DNA of 64,000 nt from an uncultured Desulfobacterales bacterium (GTDB lineage Bacteria > Desulfobacterota > DSM-4660 > Desulfatiglandales > HGW-15): assembly GCA_964443135.1 (NCBI GenBank), contig CAYUBQ010000005.1:13692-77691 (forward strand). The letters run 5' to 3'. The notes under the pieces are model-generated. The model was not told the origin of the DNA. It saw nothing but the letters and a program-made list of their open reading frames with translations, and ran no database searches. Below are positions 7,885 through 16,414 of the stretch, one piece after another. Within the stretch, counting starts at the first letter, position 1, and each line of letters starts with the position of its first letter. A program made the translations under genes and the position numbers.

Positions 7885-9384
7885 TCAGGGGGAGCTCTTC
7901 CGCAGCTCCCGCTTGAGGAGCTTTCCCTGGGGCGTCCTCGGAAAGTCCTCCACGAAGAGGACCCGCTTGGGCGCCTTGTAGGAGGCCATGCTTTCCTTGC
8001 AGAACCGGATGAGCTCCTCCTCCGTCGTCTCGCAGTCCCGCTTCAAGCGGATGAAGGCGGTCACGGCCTCTCCGTACTCCGGGTGGGGAAGGCCGGTGAC
8101 CGCGCACTCCTCGACGGTGTCGTGGCGGTAGAGCACCTCCTCCACCTCGGTGGGATAGACGTTCAGTCCGCCGGTGATGACCAGGTCCTTGATCCGATCG
8201 ACGATGTGAAGGTAGCCGTCCTCGTCGAACCGGCCCACGTCCCCGGAATGGAGCCAGCCGCCTTCCAGCGCCTCGGCGGTCTCCTCGGGACGGTTGTAGT
8301 ACCCCTTCATGACGTTGGGTCCCCGGATGAGGATCTCGCCCTCGTCTCCGGGCTCCGCCTCTTTCCCTGTAGCAGCGGCGATCTTCACCTCCACGATTCC
8401 CGCGGGCGTTCCCACCGAACCGACCTTGTGGCGGTACATGTGGTTGAAGGTCACCAGGGAGGAGGACTCCGTCATGCCGTAGGCCTCGTGGATGTCGAGG
8501 CCGAGGGCGGACTTGCACTGCCGGACCACCTCCGAGGGCATGCTGGTCGCCGCGGAGAAGAGGTATCCGACCGACCGGAGGTGCCGGTGGCTGTCGGGGT
8601 TGTTGAGGATGCGGATGAACACGGTGGGGACCGCGTACAGGCGGGTGACGCCGTTTTCCCGGATGGAGGCCAGGATCTCGTCCATGTCGAATCCCGCGTG
8701 GAGCACCACGGACCCCAGCGCGTGGAAGGTGGCGTTCATGATGTGATTGCCGGCGAAGACGTGGTTCAGGGGAAGAAAGCAGAGCCCGCGGTCCTCGTGG
8801 GTCGTCCGTTCGTGGTAACAGACGTTCTGGGCCGTGTAGAGGAGGTTCTTGTGGGTGAGCATGGCGCCCTTGGGAACCCCCGTGGTGCCTCCCGTGTAGA
8901 GGATCACGCAGGGATCGTCCGCATCGCAGTCCACGCCGGGCAGGCTCCGTGGCGACGGGGCGTTCCCCCCCTCGCACAACCGCTCGAGCACGGGATCCCG
9001 CTCGATCACCAGGACCCTGTCGAGGAAAAGGGCCCCTTCCATCCCGCCGAACTGCCCGGAGAGGGGCTCCGAGGTGACGACGCAGGCCGGGTCGGAATCC
9101 TCGAGCAGGTGCGACAGCTCCGAGCCCATGTAGGCCGCGCTCACGCAGACCGCCACGGCGCCGGCACGGATGATGCCGTAGTAGATCATGATCCACTCCG
9201 GACGGTTCTCGCAGTAGAGGGCGACCCGGTTCCCCGGGACGATCCCCGCCTCGTTCAACCGGGAGGTCACACGGGTCACCGCCGTTTCCAGGTCCTGGTA
9301 GGTGAAGCGCCGGTCCCCGAAAACAACCGCCTCGTGGTCGGGGAGGATCCGGGCCCCCTTTCGGACGATGTCGGAAAGATTCAC
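7885..9384 (-). CDS. AMP-forming acyl-CoA synthetase (long/medium-chain fatty-acid-CoA ligase family)
   Basis: Motifs: ILYTGGTTGVPKGAMLTH (AMP-binding), YGMTE, GWLHSGDVGRFDEDGYLHIVDRIKD, and PRTPQGKLLKREL. Confidence 0.9.
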   Translation of the reverse strand: MNLSDIVRKGARILPDHEAVVFGDRRFTYQDLETAVTRVTSRLNEAGIVPGNRVALYCENRPEWIMIYYGIIRAGAVAVCVSAAYMGSELSHLLEDSDPACVVTSEPLSGQFGGMEGALFLDRVLVIERDPVLERLCEGGNAPSPRSLPGVDCDADDPCVILYTGGTTGVPKGAMLTHKNLLYTAQNVCYHERTTHEDRGLCFLPLNHVFAGNHIMNATFHALGSVVLHAGFDMDEILASIRENGVTRLYAVPTVFIRILNNPDSHRHLRSVGYLFSAATSMPSEVVRQCKSALGLDIHEAYGMTESSSLVTFNHMYRHKVGSVGTPAGIVEVKIAAATGKEAEPGDEGEILIRGPNVMKGYYNRPEETAEALEGGWLHSGDVGRFDEDGYLHIVDRIKDLVITGGLNVYPTEVEEVLYRHDTVEECAVTGLPHPEYGEAVTAFIRLKRDCETTEEELIRFCKESMASYKAPKRVLFVEDFPRTPQGKLLKRELRKSSP

Positions 9385-9464
9385 GGGATCTCATCCTTTC
9401 TGGCGTCGGATCCGGGCGGCCGGAGTCGAACGGCGGCCCTTCCGCCGGCGTCCAAGCGTCCGGG

Positions 9465-10505
9465 TCACGTAAGGTTCGGACCCGGCGTGGCCTGCCTGCG
9501 GCGCTTCCGGGCCAGCTCGCGCTTGTCCGCCACCCGATCGGACTCGTCGACGATCTCCTGCCCGATGAGCTCCTCCAGGATATCCTCCAGCGTGATGACC
9601 CCGGCAAGCCCTCCGTACTCGTCCAGCACGATGAAAAGGTGCTCTCTCCGGTCCAGGAACTCCCTGAGCATCCGGTCCAGCCCGGCGGTTTCGACGACGA
9701 AGTGTATGGGCTGCATCAACTCCGACAGTCGGGTCTCCTGCCCTCCCCGGGAAAGGGCCACGAACATCTCTTTGACCAGCACCAAGCCCACGACGTCCTC
9801 GGGGTTGTCGTCGTACACGGGATAACGGCTGTGCTCCCATTTGTCGTATGCCTGGGTCACCTCGCTCAGGCTCGAGTGCTCGCTGAAGGAAACCACCACG
9901 GTCCGCGGGGTCATCACGTCCTTCACGCGCTTCTTCTGGAGGCTCAGGATGGCCTCGATGGCCTGCCTCTGATCGCTCCCGATCTCCCCCTCCTGAAAGC
10001 AGAGCCGGGCCAGGTGACCCAGCTCTGCGGAGGTGATGGGGCTTTCCCTCCTCCCGGGGGCGATGAGCCGGGTGATGGCGGTGCTCATCCACACCAGGGG
10101 GGCCATCACCCAAACCATCACCCGAAGCGGGAATGCGACCAAGGGGATCATGGGGCCGGCATGGACGACGCCCACCGTCTTGGGAACGATTTCCGACAGG
10201 ACGAGAATGACTGCGGTGAAGACGGCGGAGAAGTGGGGAAGCCAGTGGTGCCCGAAAACCCCGGCCGCTGCGGAGCCTGCAAAGGCCGCACCGACCGTGT
10301 GGGCGATGGTGTTGAGGGTCAAAATCGCGGCGATGGGCCGATCGACGTCCGTCCGAAGCTTCTTGAAGATCCGTCCCGCGGGATGCCCCCCGTCGGCCAG
10401 GGCCTCGATCTGTCCCGGGGTTGCGGAGTAGAGGACGGCTTCGAACAGGGAGCAGACGGCTGAGATGCCGACCGCGAAGGCGACCGCAAGCAGCAGCTCA
10501 CTCAT
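9465..10505 (-). CDS. CNNM/DUF21 membrane protein with CBS pair (TlyC/CorB-like)
   Basis: Start at ATG 10505 (MSELLLAVAF...). It has a four-helix DUF21 N-terminus and a CBS pair (VKDVMTPR..., LDEYGGLAGVITLEDILEELIG). The protein ends right after the CBS pair, without a CorC/HlyC domain. Confidence 0.8.
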   Translation of the reverse strand: MSELLLAVAFAVGISAVCSLFEAVLYSATPGQIEALADGGHPAGRIFKKLRTDVDRPIAAILTLNTIAHTVGAAFAGSAAAGVFGHHWLPHFSAVFTAVILVLSEIVPKTVGVVHAGPMIPLVAFPLRVMVWVMAPLVWMSTAITRLIAPGRRESPITSAELGHLARLCFQEGEIGSDQRQAIEAILSLQKKRVKDVMTPRTVVVSFSEHSSLSEVTQAYDKWEHSRYPVYDDNPEDVVGLVLVKEMFVALSRGGQETRLSELMQPIHFVVETAGLDRMLREFLDRREHLFIVLDEYGGLAGVITLEDILEELIGQEIVDESDRVADKRELARKRRRQATPGPNLT

Positions 10506-10617
10506 GGTCAGGGCGTACCTCCTGCATGTGGATTCAGGCCCCGAAACGCCCCGGGCCTCCGGGGGAGGGCGGGCAAAGAATACCAGACCGGGGTCCAAAC
10601 TCAAAGGGGGTTCCGGA

Positions 10618-10649
10618 GTTGCATTTTGTTGCATCCGATGTTGCGCAAC
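10618..10649. promoter_or_regulatory. Phased GTTGC repeats, candidate enhancer (UAS) for a sigma-54 activator
   Basis: GTTGCAT at 10618-10624 and again at 10628-10634, exactly 10 bp apart. The palindrome GTTGCGCAAC is at 10640-10649. Further GTTGA/GCAAC copies are at 10709-10726. The repeats sit in an unusually AT-rich tract 90-200 bp upstream of the -24/-12 promoter. Confidence 0.35.
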
Positions 10650-10813
10650 AGTGAGTCTAAAAACATCAGTTGTGAATTCAAAGAGATCAGTTTGAAAATC
10701 AACGAAATGTTGAACCTGCCTGCAACGCCTTCCCCATGGACGGATCAGAGGGGAAAAAGCCGGACAGGTTCAACCTCCTGATTTTCAGCACAGATTCCCT
10801 GTCCCGGGATCCA

Positions 10814-10829
10814 TGGCACGCTTTCTGCT
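10814..10829 (+). promoter_or_regulatory. Sigma-54 (-24/-12) promoter of the hdr-type operon
   Basis: TGGCACGCTTTCTGCT. GG is at 10815-16 and GC at 10827-28 with canonical spacing (TGGCAC-N5-cTGC). It lies about 90 nt upstream of ATG 10919. Confidence 0.65.
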
Positions 10830-10918
10830 GTTCGGAAACCAGGACGAACGGACTGAAACGCGCGGTTCGGCGGGCAACCCCGGGAGGGGGCTCCTGGCCG
10901 AACCGGAGAACGAGGACC

Positions 10919-11356
10919 ATGCACCCTTCCGCTCCTGGAAAGAAGGTCCTGGTGGTCGACGACGAGCCGGATGAGAGGATTTTCCTCTGCAGGCTCCTGG
11001 AGCTGGGCGGCTACGCGTCGATTCTGGCCTCCGACGCCACCGAGGGGCTCGAAATGGCGGTGCGGGAGCGGCCGGACTTGATTTTGCTGGCCGTCATGTT
11101 CGACCACCACGGCAATCTCCTGTTGTTCGACGATCTCAAGCTGGATGCCACCCTCAAGCAGATCCCCGTGGTCCTTCTCTCCTCCATCGACAAGAAGACC
11201 CTGTTTCAGCTCCGGGCCCTCCCCGGAGCATCCAGGGGGAACTTTCTCCTGAGACCCGAGGGCTTCCTGGGCAAGCCGCCGGAAGCGGACGAGCTCCTGG
11301 GTCTCCTGCAAACCCTGACCCGATCGGGGCCCCCGGAACCCCCGGTCGGCCTTTGA
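10919..11356 (+). CDS. Single-domain pseudo-receiver (CheY fold, phospho-acceptor Asp replaced by Ala)
   Basis: ATG 10919 lies inside track ORF 10736..11356. Motifs: KKVLVVDDEPDE, PDLILLAVMF (Ala58, gcc 11090-11092, where receivers carry the acceptor Asp), VVLLSS, and FLGKP. Confidence 0.8.
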   Translation: MHPSAPGKKVLVVDDEPDERIFLCRLLELGGYASILASDATEGLEMAVRERPDLILLAVMFDHHGNLLLFDDLKLDATLKQIPVVLLSSIDKKTLFQLRALPGASRGNFLLRPEGFLGKPPEADELLGLLQTLTRSGPPEPPVGL

Positions 11357-11366
11357 GGCGGAAGCC

Positions 11367-14300
11367 ATGGAGATGAGAGTCGGTTTTTACATCTGTCACT
11401 GCGGGATCAACATCGCCGGCAAGGTGGACGTGGAGGCCGTGGCGGCCTACATTCGAACCCTTCCCGGCGTGACGATCTCCCGGGACTACAAGTTCATGTG
11501 CTCGGACCCCGGCCAGGAGATGATCGTCGACGACATCCGCGAGCACGGACTGAACCGGGTGGTGGTGGCTTCCTGCTCTCCCCGGCTTCACGGCAAGACC
11601 TTCATGGGCGCCTGCCAGCGCGCCGGCCTCAATCCGTACTACTTCCAGATGGCCTCGGTCCGGGAGCAGGTCTCCTGGGTGACCGAGGATCCGGAGCGTG
11701 CCACGGACAAGGCCAAGAGCCTGGCCCGGGCGGCGGTGAATCGGGTACGGCTCCACGAGAGCCTCTTCGCGCGTCACGCCCGGGTCCACCCCGACGTGTT
11801 GGTCGTGGGGGGCGGCATCGCCGGGATCCAGGCCGCCCTGGACATCGGGGCCGCCGGCCGGAAGGTGTACCTGGTGGAGCGGGATCCGACCATCGGCGGG
11901 CACATGCTCCAGTTCGACAAGACCTTTCCCACGCTCGACTGCGCCGCCTGTATCGGGACGCCCAAGATGGTGGAGGTCGCACAGAACCCCTACGTGGAGC
12001 TCCTCTCCTACAGCGAGGTCAAGGAGGTCAACGGATTCATCGGCAACTACACGGTCACGGTCCGGAAAAAGCCCCGCTACGTCGTCGAAGGGGTGTGTAC
12101 GGGCTGCGGCGAGTGCGCCGAGGTCTGCCCGGTGGCCGTTCCCAGCGAGTGGGACGAGAGGCTGGCGGAGCGGGCGGCCGTGTACCGATCTTTCCCCCAG
12201 GCCGTCCCCGTCACCTACGTCATCGACAAGCGCGATCGCGCCCCCTGCACCACGGCCTGTCCGGCCGGGATCAACGTGCAGGGCTACGTACAGCTGGTCA
12301 AGCTGGGAAAGTACGACGAGGCCGTGCGCCTGATCCGGGAACGGCTTCCGCTCCCGGGCGTCCTGGGAAGGGTCTGCCCGGCCTTCTGCGAGAACGGTTG
12401 CCGGCGGACGGAGCTGGACGCAGCCGTGGCCATTCGACAGCTCAAGCGTGTCGCGGCCGACCGGGCCGCCGCATCGGCCTGGGAAACCCCCACGATCGAG
12501 GAACGGAAGGAACGGGTGGCCGTGATCGGGTCCGGCCCGGCCGGTCTGAGCGCGGCCTACTTCCTCCGCCTGGACGGGTTTCAGGTGACCCTGTTCGAGG
12601 CCCTGGAGAAGCTGGGCGGCATGCTCCGCACGGGCATTCCGGACTTTCGCCTGCCGCCGGAGATCCTGGACCGGGAGATCGAGCAGATCCTGGCGCTGGG
12701 GGTGGAGGTGCGGACCGGTACGGTCCTGGGCAGGGACCTCCAGCTGGACTCCCTGAAGGAGCAGGGGTTCGGGGCGGTCTTCCTGGGGATCGGGGCCCAC
12801 AAGGACCTGTCCCTCGGCGTGGAGGGAGAGGAAAGCGAAGGCGTGCTTCGGGCCGTGGAGTTCCTGCGACGGGCCAACCTCGGGGAGAGGCTGGAGGTGG
12901 GGGGGCGGGTGGTCGTGGTGGGCGGCGGCAACGTGGCCGTGGACGCCGCGCGTGTCGCCCGGCGGCTGGGCGCGGAGGAGGTCTCCATCGTCTACCGCCG
13001 GTCCGAGGCCGAGATGCCCGCCTATCCCGAGGAGATCGAAGGGGCGAGGGAAGAGGGAATCCGCATCGCTTACCTGAAGGCCCCGGTCCGGGTGGTTTTG
13101 GAGAACGGCCGCGCGTCGGGGCTGGAGTGTATCGACACCCGGCTCGGACCGCCCGACGAGCGCGGGCGGCGACGGCCCGAGCCGGTGGCGGGATCCGAGC
13201 ACGTGCTGCCCGTGGACACGGTCATCACGGCCATCGGACAGCGGGTGGACGACGCCTGGGCCCGTGAGACGGGGCTCGCGTGGAGCCGTCAGGGGACCAT
13301 CCAGACGCATCCCCGAACCCTGCAAACCTCCCTTTCGCACGTGTTCGCGGCCGGCGACGCGGTGAGCGGACCGGCCAGCGTGGTGGAGGCCGTGGGTGCG
13401 GGACGTAGGGCCGCCCGGGCCGTCCGCCGCTTTCTCGAGGAAGAGGACCTGGCGAACGAGCCGGAGGAGGCCGGGGAGACCGCCTGGGGCCGGGACTGGA
13501 GCCCCGTCCCCGGCGACTCGAAGCGCGTGGAGCGGGCCGAGCCGTCGCACCGCGACGCGCAGGAGCGGGTTCGGGGGTTCGCCGAGGTGGAAGGCGCCCT
13601 CGACGAGGGGCGGGCGCGAGCCGAGGCGGAGCGCTGCCTCAACTGCGGGGTCTGCTCCGAGTGCATGGAGTGCGTAAAGGTGTGCGAGGCGCACGCCATC
13701 GACCACGCCATGGAGGCCCAAGAGGTCGAGCTCCAGGTGGGGAGCATCATCCTCGCCACGGGCTACGATCTCCTGGACCCCACCCCCATGAAGCCCTTCG
13801 GGTACGGGAAGTACCCCAACGTCTTCACCAGCCTCGAGTTCGAACGTATGAACAACGCCACCGGGCCCACCGGCGGACGGATCCTCATGCGGGACGGGAA
13901 GGGCGGGTTCTCTCATCCGCCCGAGAGCGTGGCCGTCGTCCACTGCGTGGGAAGCCGGGACGACCGCTATCACAGCTACTGCTCGCGGGTCTGCTGCATG
14001 TACGCCCTCAAGTACGGGCACCTGGTGCACGACAAGGTGGGGCCCGAAACCCGGATCTACGACTTCTACATCGACATGCGGTGCTTCGGGAAGGGGTACG
14101 AGGAGTTTTACCGCCGGTGCCAGGAGGAGGGCATCCAGTTCATCCGGGGCAAGCCCGCCGAGATCCTGGAGGAGGACGGAAAGCTGGTCCTGGTGGGGGA
14201 GGACACCCTGATCGGGCGCCGCTATCGCGTTCCCGTGGACATGGTGGTGCTCTGCGCCGCCATGCAGGCGAGGGCCGATGCGGGGGCGGTGGGTCGGATT

Positions 14301-14750
14301 TTCGGGATCAGCCAGGGGCAGGACGGGTTCTACCTGGAGGAGCACCCCAAGCTGGCGCCTCTTTCGACGGCCTCGGACGGGATCTTTCTGGCCGGGACCT
14401 GCCAGGCCCCCCGGGACGTGCCGGACACCGTGGCCCAGGCCTCGGGGGCGGCCGCCAAGTCTTTGGCCCTGGCCTCCCTGGGGGAGGTGCAGATCGAGCC
14501 CACCACGAGCTGGATCGACCCGGACATCTGCGCCGGATGCCAGGTGTGCATCGATCTCTGCCCTTACGGTGCCATCGAGTTCGATCCCCAGCGGCATGTC
14601 TCCGTGGTCAACGAGGCCCTGTGCAAAGGTTGCGGGAGCTGCGCGGGGTTCTGCCCGAGCGGTGCGGCCCGGTGTGCGTCCTTCAAGAGCCGGCAGCTGT
14701 TCGCGGAGCTGGACGGCATCTTCGACGCCGTTCATCAGGTGGGGCGGTAG
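11367..14750 (+). CDS. hdrL: HdrL-type large HdrA flavoprotein with inserted GltD/NfnB-like NAD(P)H module
   Basis: HdrA hallmarks: VLVVGGGIAGIQAALD, TFPTLDCAACI, CTGCGECAEVCP, HCVGSRDDRYHSYCSRVCCMYALKY and C-terminal CAGCQVCIDLCP/CKGCGSCAGFCP. Residues about 290-692 carry GltD-type motifs: CTTACPAG, GRVCPAFCENGC, VAVIGSGPAGLSAAYFL, VVVVGGGNVAVDAARV, YRRSEAEMPA. Confidence 0.9.
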   Translation: MEMRVGFYICHCGINIAGKVDVEAVAAYIRTLPGVTISRDYKFMCSDPGQEMIVDDIREHGLNRVVVASCSPRLHGKTFMGACQRAGLNPYYFQMASVREQVSWVTEDPERATDKAKSLARAAVNRVRLHESLFARHARVHPDVLVVGGGIAGIQAALDIGAAGRKVYLVERDPTIGGHMLQFDKTFPTLDCAACIGTPKMVEVAQNPYVELLSYSEVKEVNGFIGNYTVTVRKKPRYVVEGVCTGCGECAEVCPVAVPSEWDERLAERAAVYRSFPQAVPVTYVIDKRDRAPCTTACPAGINVQGYVQLVKLGKYDEAVRLIRERLPLPGVLGRVCPAFCENGCRRTELDAAVAIRQLKRVAADRAAASAWETPTIEERKERVAVIGSGPAGLSAAYFLRLDGFQVTLFEALEKLGGMLRTGIPDFRLPPEILDREIEQILALGVEVRTGTVLGRDLQLDSLKEQGFGAVFLGIGAHKDLSLGVEGEESEGVLRAVEFLRRANLGERLEVGGRVVVVGGGNVAVDAARVARRLGAEEVSIVYRRSEAEMPAYPEEIEGAREEGIRIAYLKAPVRVVLENGRASGLECIDTRLGPPDERGRRRPEPVAGSEHVLPVDTVITAIGQRVDDAWARETGLAWSRQGTIQTHPRTLQTSLSHVFAAGDAVSGPASVVEAVGAGRRAARAVRRFLEEEDLANEPEEAGETAWGRDWSPVPGDSKRVERAEPSHRDAQERVRGFAEVEGALDEGRARAEAERCLNCGVCSECMECVKVCEAHAIDHAMEAQEVELQVGSIILATGYDLLDPTPMKPFGYGKYPNVFTSLEFERMNNATGPTGGRILMRDGKGGFSHPPESVAVVHCVGSRDDRYHSYCSRVCCMYALKYGHLVHDKVGPETRIYDFYIDMRCFGKGYEEFYRRCQEEGIQFIRGKPAEILEEDGKLVLVGEDTLIGRRYRVPVDMVVLCAAMQARADAGAVGRIFGISQGQDGFYLEEHPKLAPLSTASDGIFLAGTCQAPRDVPDTVAQASGAAAKSLALASLGEVQIEPTTSWIDPDICAGCQVCIDLCPYGAIEFDPQRHVSVVNEALCKGCGSCAGFCPSGAARCASFKSRQLFAELDGIFDAVHQVGR

Positions 14751-14831
14751 TGCAGGTGAAGGGTGAGTGGTGTCAGTGAGAAAAAAGCAGGCGGAAAGCG
14801 AGGCACCGAAAACAAGAGAGCGGGGAGCATC

Positions 14832-15260
14832 ATGAGCAACGACGATTTCGAGCCCATCATCATTGCGTTCGTCTGCAACTGGTGCACGTACACGGCTGCG
14901 GATCTGGCCGGGACCTCCAGGCTGATCTACCCGATCAACGTACGTCTGGTCCGGGTCATGTGCACCGGCATGGTGGATCCCAAGTACGTGATCAAGGCGT
15001 TCCTGGAGGGCGCGGACGCCGTGCTCATCAGCGGGTGCCACCCGGGCGACTGCCACTACATCAACGGAAACTTCAAGGCCAGGCGGAGGGTCAAGCTGCT
15101 CGAGGAGATCCTGCCGCAGTTCGGCATCGAACCGGAGCGTCTCAAGCTCACCTGGATCGGGGCGAGCGACGGCCTGGAGTTCGCCCACACGGTGGACGGC
15201 CTGGTCGCTTCGATCAGGGAGATCGGCCCGACCGAGGTCAGGCACACCATGGTCCTGTAA
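14832..15260 (+). CDS. mvhD: MvhD/FlpD-family protein (methyl-viologen-reducing hydrogenase delta subunit-like)
   Basis: ATG 14832. Diagnostic sequence: IIAFVCNWCTYTAADLAGTSRLIYPINVRLVRVMCTGMVDP...GADAVLISGCHPGDCHYINGN. Confidence 0.9.
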   Translation: MSNDDFEPIIIAFVCNWCTYTAADLAGTSRLIYPINVRLVRVMCTGMVDPKYVIKAFLEGADAVLISGCHPGDCHYINGNFKARRRVKLLEEILPQFGIEPERLKLTWIGASDGLEFAHTVDGLVASIREIGPTEVRHTMVL

Positions 15261-15274
15261 ACCGAGAGGTCAGC

Positions 15275-16414
15275 ATGTCCCAGGGATTCAAGATCGAGGT
15301 CAAGGAAGGCGATGTCCAAGGCGCACTGCGGGACTTTCTGGGAAAGATCCTCGAGCGGGAGGAGATCCGCGCCGTCCTGACGCCGCTGCGTCTGCCGTAC
15401 AAGGGGAACGTCATGCAAACGCTGGTGGCCGACAGGGAGCGGCTCGGCGCGGCGGAACCCCTTTCCCCGGCCTATCCCCTGAGCGGGGCCAGGATCCTGA
15501 GCCGGCTGACCCGGGAGGAAGCGGGCGGCCGGGTCGCCGCCGTGCTCCGCCCATGCGAGATTCGGGCCTTCGTGGAGCTCGTCAAGCTCAAGCAGGCGTC
15601 CCGTCAAGACCTGGTTCTCATCGGTCTGGACTGTCCCGGGGCCTTCTCGAACGACGTGTTCGCCCGGGCCGCAGCCGAGGACGAAGCGGGGGACCTGACC
15701 CGGCGCTTTTTTCGTGCCGCCTTTGCCGGGGAGGAAGACCCGGCGGGGTACGAGCTCGCCGGCGCTTGCCGCGCCTGCGAGCACGTCACGCCGGACGCGG
15801 CCGACGTGGCGGTCGGGCTCCACGGCGGGGACCCGGAGCGGGAGATCTGGGTCGAGGCCCGGACCGAGGCCGGTGAAGCCTTGCTGGCCGACCTGGGTCT
15901 CCCGGAGGCCACGGAACCGGAGGGCCGTTCCAGGACCGTGAAGGAGCGGGTCGAGAGGGCGGTCCAGCGGCGGGAAGAGATGTTCGACCGGACCCTGCAG
16001 GCCACCGGCGGCGTGGAGAAGCTCACGTCCTATCTCGCCTCCTGCGTGAACTGCTACAACTGCCGCGTGGCTTGCCCGGTCTGCTACTGCCGGGAGTGTG
16101 TGTTCGGGACGGACGTCTTCGAGCACGAACCCCGGCAATACTTGAACTGGGCCGACCGGAAGGGGGCCGTGAAGATGCCCACGGACACGGTGTTCTACCA
16201 CCTCACGCGCATGGCCCACATGGCGGCTTCCTGCGTGGGCTGCGGCCAGTGCTCGAACGCCTGCCCGAACGACATCCCGGTCATGGAGCTGTTTCGCACC
16301 GTGGCCCGCAGGGTGCAGCAGGACTTCGACTACGAGCCCGGTCGCAGTGTGGAGGAACCGCTTCCCCTTGCGGTGTTCCGCGAGAACGAGTTGGCCGAGG
16401 TGGTGGGACGATGA
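15275..16414 (+). CDS. FrhB/FdhB-like FeS protein with 2x[4Fe-4S] ferredoxin motif
   Basis: ATG 15275 lies inside track ORF 14882..16414. AAVLRPCEIRAFVELVK...LVLIGLDCPGAF resembles the FrhB/FdhB family. Cluster motifs: CVNCYNCRVACPVCYC and CVGCGQCSNACPND. The stop overlaps the next start (ATGA at 16411-16414). Confidence 0.7.
   Translation: MSQGFKIEVKEGDVQGALRDFLGKILEREEIRAVLTPLRLPYKGNVMQTLVADRERLGAAEPLSPAYPLSGARILSRLTREEAGGRVAAVLRPCEIRAFVELVKLKQASRQDLVLIGLDCPGAFSNDVFARAAAEDEAGDLTRRFFRAAFAGEEDPAGYELAGACRACEHVTPDAADVAVGLHGGDPEREIWVEARTEAGEALLADLGLPEATEPEGRSRTVKERVERAVQRREEMFDRTLQATGGVEKLTSYLASCVNCYNCRVACPVCYCRECVFGTDVFEHEPRQYLNWADRKGAVKMPTDTVFYHLTRMAHMAASCVGCGQCSNACPNDIPVMELFRTVARRVQQDFDYEPGRSVEEPLPLAVFRENELAEVVGR

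Noticed and set aside
7760-9607. 615-aa minus-strand ORF overlapping the acyl-CoA synthetase in another frame
   Set aside because: Only frame 7885..9384 carries the AMP-binding motifs. The 615-aa frame is an R/G/P-rich artefact.
11154-15245. 1363-aa ORF on the minus strand opposite hdrL/mvhD
   Set aside because: The translation is Arg/Pro/Gly/His-rich and low in complexity, with no motifs. It lies antisense to an ORF full of diagnostic HdrA/GltD motifs. This is a typical GC-driven shadow ORF.
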